Shown here: positions 15,491 through 17,975 of the stretch, piece after piece | How positions within the stretch are numbered: the first letter of the stretch is position 1 | Layout of the letters: the number at the start of each line of letters is the position of its first letter | Source: Bacteriovoracia bacterium | GTDB taxonomy: Bacteria; Bdellovibrionota; Bacteriovoracia; Bacteriovoracales; Bacteriovoracaceae | Length of the DNA stretch: 17,975 nt | Reading direction: 5' to 3' | Assembly (NCBI GenBank): GCA_046570105.1 | Contig: JBKHVI010000051.1 | Span: forward strand, 1 to 17,975 | Notes under the pieces: model-generated | Seen by the model: the letters and a program-made list of their open reading frames with translations, nothing else | What the model was told of the DNA's origin: nothing | Database searches by the model: none | Position numbers and translations under genes: made by a program

Positions 15491-15514
15491 ACTGCCCTTG
15501 GTCTCAAGAGCAGT
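15491..15514 (-). terminator. Stem-loop after the metalloprotease gene (weak terminator or stabiliser)
   Basis: ACTGCTCTTG-AGAC-CAAGGGCAGT 10-bp stem, 7 nt after the stop codon, with a poor U tract. Confidence 0.4.
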
Positions 15515-15521
15515 AAATTAT

Positions 15522-16103
15522 TCAGGGATTATTCGCCAAATGTTTTTTAACCAACTCTTCCATCTTGCCACCTAGGCCGTAAGGAACCGTATATGGGCGA
15601 TTGGCCTTGGTATTGTGGCCATAACCCAGTTTGTGCGTCCATTCGTGAAAGATGTTACGTGCCACCCCGGCAGCATCATATTTACGATAAAACTTCGCAT
15701 TGACCCAGATACGCTCTGAATTAGCATAGGTGTAACCCACAGTGGAGTTATTGCGATAATACCAAGTGATGTCCATATCCATGGTGTTGTCTTGAACCGG
15801 GCGAAGTTTTTCAGCAGCATCCAAAATCTCTTGATAGATCTGGGCGTTGGTTTTGCCATTATTTTCTCGAAAGGCGGTTCCACCTTTGCCATCTTTAAAA
15901 TTTAGAACGGCCGAACGAAACTCAGCGGTCTGAACGACCTCCACAATCGCGTCGAGAGCTTTAAGCACTTTTTCTTTTTGTGCCGCCTCATTAAAATCAC
16001 GAAAAACGACATTGTGATAAAAGGCGCCCGGTAATTCTTGGGCCAGAGTTTGAGTTGAAATAAGAGACAGGACGAGAGCGAAAACGGTTTGCAGGCGTTT
16101 CAT
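15522..16103 (-). CDS. Secreted zinc metallopeptidase (HExxHxxGxxH)
   Basis: Signal peptide ending TLA, HEWTHKLGYGH (His153, Glu154, His157, His163), upstream edge strand TVGYT and a GGAGG SD. Confidence 0.8.
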   Translation of the reverse strand: MKRLQTVFALVLSLISTQTLAQELPGAFYHNVVFRDFNEAAQKEKVLKALDAIVEVVQTAEFRSAVLNFKDGKGGTAFRENNGKTNAQIYQEILDAAEKLRPVQDNTMDMDITWYYRNNSTVGYTYANSERIWVNAKFYRKYDAAGVARNIFHEWTHKLGYGHNTKANRPYTVPYGLGGKMEELVKKHLANNP

Positions 16104-16139
16104 TGTTCCTCCAGGAGAACGTATGAAACGCCTATCGGT
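16093..16139 (-). promoter_or_regulatory. Start-codon/SD-occluding hairpin overlapping a sigma28-like -10 box
   Basis: AGGCGTTTCAT (16133..16123) is perfectly complementary to the first 11 coding nt, ATGAAACGCCT. ACCGATAG lies at 16139..16132. Confidence 0.55.
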
Positions 16140-16209
16140 GCGCGAGACTTGCCCCTACACCAAGAGGTGATTTAAACGGCAAAATATGCCTAAAGCAAAA
16201 TAGTACAAT

Positions 16210-17421
16210 TTAGAAATTAGACCTTGGCTTCACAATAATATTTCCGACAAACACGCCAATCACGAGTGAGAAGGCCAGCGCCAGCATAGTAAAGGCGGTA
16301 TCAAAGCCCATCACCACGTCGCGAGCATAGAGATAAGAAAGACCGCGATAACCAGTCGATCCAGGAACTAAGAGGATAAGACCAGGAAACTGAAAAATTG
16401 AACTGGGACGAAGACGAGCTCTCGCAAAAATATTGGCGCCTGCTCCCACGGCCAATCCTCCCATAAAGAGTCCCATCTCTGGACCAAATTCTTGGGTCGC
16501 AAGTCGTGAAACCAAATAACCAAAGACACCGGCGAGGGTAATCCATTTCATTTCACGCCAAGGAGCTTTGAAAACAACTGTCGACATCGCTGCAGTGATA
16601 GGAACAGAAATAAATTTCACCCAATGCGGAATGGATTCAAAGGCGAAACTGGCCGTCTCAAAATTCAACAGTCCAATCAGCTTTGTGCCAGCAAAAACAC
16701 CAAAGGCCAATTTCAAGAGCACCATAAAGCCACCCATCAAGCGAGAGGTGCCAGAAGTGAGATTTTGCGTGGCAATTTCGGCAATCGAGATGGTGATATT
16801 GAGTCCAGGAATAAACATGATAAGCGAGGCAAGAATGACGACACTGACATTGATGTCACCTGAGAATCTGGCAAAAAGAGAAGCCAGCACAGTGGCCACT
16901 AAGGCCATGATCGCCTCATAGAGTTGTGCTACCACTCCAAAATGTTTTGAAAGAGATAAGAGACCCATCAGAAAACCAACTGCTAATGAGGCCCAGAAAT
17001 CACCCCAAGTACCCCCAAACAGAGTCATCATGCCGGCCGACGTGAGTGAGAAACACAACACCTTTGCCCAGGCTGGGATCTGATCGTCTTCATTAAGAAT
17101 TTTCTCTAAGCGCTCGGCACCCACATCGAGTTCAATTTTATGATTGATGACATCTTGAGCGACTTGATCAAGTCGAGTCAATCGACCCAAATTAATTCCA
17201 CTGGGTTCAATTCGGACAATACGAGTGACATCTTCGTCTAAAAAGCGAAACGAACAAAAAATCGCTGTAGGAATCGAAACGAAAGAGCCTTTCAGTTCAA
17301 GTCGCTCACACAGGCCCATAAGGGCCGCTTCCAAAGAGTGAGCGGGAGAACCTACCGAATGAAGTCCCCGCCCAAACTGGACGATGAACTTAATTCGTTG
17401 CAGATACTCTTCCTTGAGCAA
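16210..17421 (-). CDS. Threonine/serine exporter family protein (ThrE, fused two-domain form)
   Basis: G-S-P-A-H-x-L-E N-terminal motif, INLGRLTRL, IPGLNITISIAEI and GLILLVPGSTGY, about 10 TM segments. TTG start with AAGGAG SD at 17433..17428. Confidence 0.88.
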   Translation of the reverse strand: MLKEEYLQRIKFIVQFGRGLHSVGSPAHSLEAALMGLCERLELKGSFVSIPTAIFCSFRFLDEDVTRIVRIEPSGINLGRLTRLDQVAQDVINHKIELDVGAERLEKILNEDDQIPAWAKVLCFSLTSAGMMTLFGGTWGDFWASLAVGFLMGLLSLSKHFGVVAQLYEAIMALVATVLASLFARFSGDINVSVVILASLIMFIPGLNITISIAEIATQNLTSGTSRLMGGFMVLLKLAFGVFAGTKLIGLLNFETASFAFESIPHWVKFISVPITAAMSTVVFKAPWREMKWITLAGVFGYLVSRLATQEFGPEMGLFMGGLAVGAGANIFARARLRPSSIFQFPGLILLVPGSTGYRGLSYLYARDVVMGFDTAFTMLALAFSLVIGVFVGNIIVKPRSNF

Positions 17422-17424
17422 GTT

Positions 17425-17975
17425 CTACTCCTTACCAAGCAGAATTGGAATTTGATGAAGATCTGTCGCCAAACGTTCAATCACAACAGTTGAGAGGGCC
17501 TCTACAGTCTGACGATAAGGAGTAAGTACTTGTGTTTGCGCCATTTTAAAATTCTGCTCAACTCCCGTTATCTTAATGGGACTTGTCGCTTTAACAGTAT
17601 AAGTAGCGACTGGAATATTGAGTTTAGGAAGTCCATTTTCCATCTTCTTCGCCCCCACTGCATGATAACTTGAGAATGGATAAACAAGTGAGACATTCAT
17701 TTTTACTTTTAACTCTTCGGCCAGTTTTTCATTTGTCTTCTTATCGATTTGTTCTTGGCGCCACTCCGCTCCAGTATAAACCAATAACACCGCATCTAAG
17801 TTTAACTCACGACAAACATCATTCACCCAATGGTGCTGATGCTGAGAAGGCTTTGGACCATTCATGAGTTGTGTGGCCGGAACGAAGACCATGCTCACAT
17901 CTTGATAATTGCGTGGCACGACTAAACTGGTTTCTGGAATGGCCTGGCCGCGAATCTTCCAGAAAGCATCCGCTT
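17425..17975 (-). CDS. Hypothetical protein, 5'-truncated by the window edge
   Basis: Frame is open to the window end (ADAFWKIRGQAIPETSLVVPRNYQD...). Its last codons carry the SD of the ThrE gene, which suggests co-transcription. Confidence 0.7.
   Translation of the reverse strand, partial: ADAFWKIRGQAIPETSLVVPRNYQDVSMVFVPATQLMNGPKPSQHQHHWVNDVCRELNLDAVLLVYTGAEWRQEQIDKKTNEKLAEELKVKMNVSLVYPFSSYHAVGAKKMENGLPKLNIPVATYTVKATSPIKITGVEQNFKMAQTQVLTPYRQTVEALSTVVIERLATDLHQIPILLGKE

Overview
Chromosomal window with 16 protein genes (two truncated by the window edges) plus a candidate 38-aa small ORF. No rRNA, tRNA, CRISPR array or transposase was found. The secreted and lipoprotein hypotheticals and the sigma28/sigma54 promoter usage suggest a predatory Bdellovibrionota host, probably Bacteriovoracales (inference, not verified). 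Recognisable genes: M24 peptidase, an orphan FliA-like sigma factor, an ABC-2-type ATPase/permease pair, dienelactone hydrolase, arfB, a DTW-domain protein, glutathione peroxidase, fadBA and a ThrE exporter. The most interesting signals are four. (1) The 562-1140 'intergenic' region holds back-to-back sigma54 promoters; the leftward one drives an RNA with six AGGA-loop hairpins (CsrA/RsmA-sponge-like) that ends in a small membrane-peptide ORF. (2) A sigma54 promoter with a perfect upstream palindrome drives an operon for an outer-membrane beta-barrel and a 1067-aa lipoprotein with a duplicated Cys/INPW module and a hairpin resembling beta-pore-forming toxins. (3) Two adjacent secreted proteases (clan CD-like and HExxHxxGxxH) have ribosome-binding sites locked in hairpins whose 5' arms overlap their putative promoters. 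(4) A REP-like palindrome family occurs in three copies.
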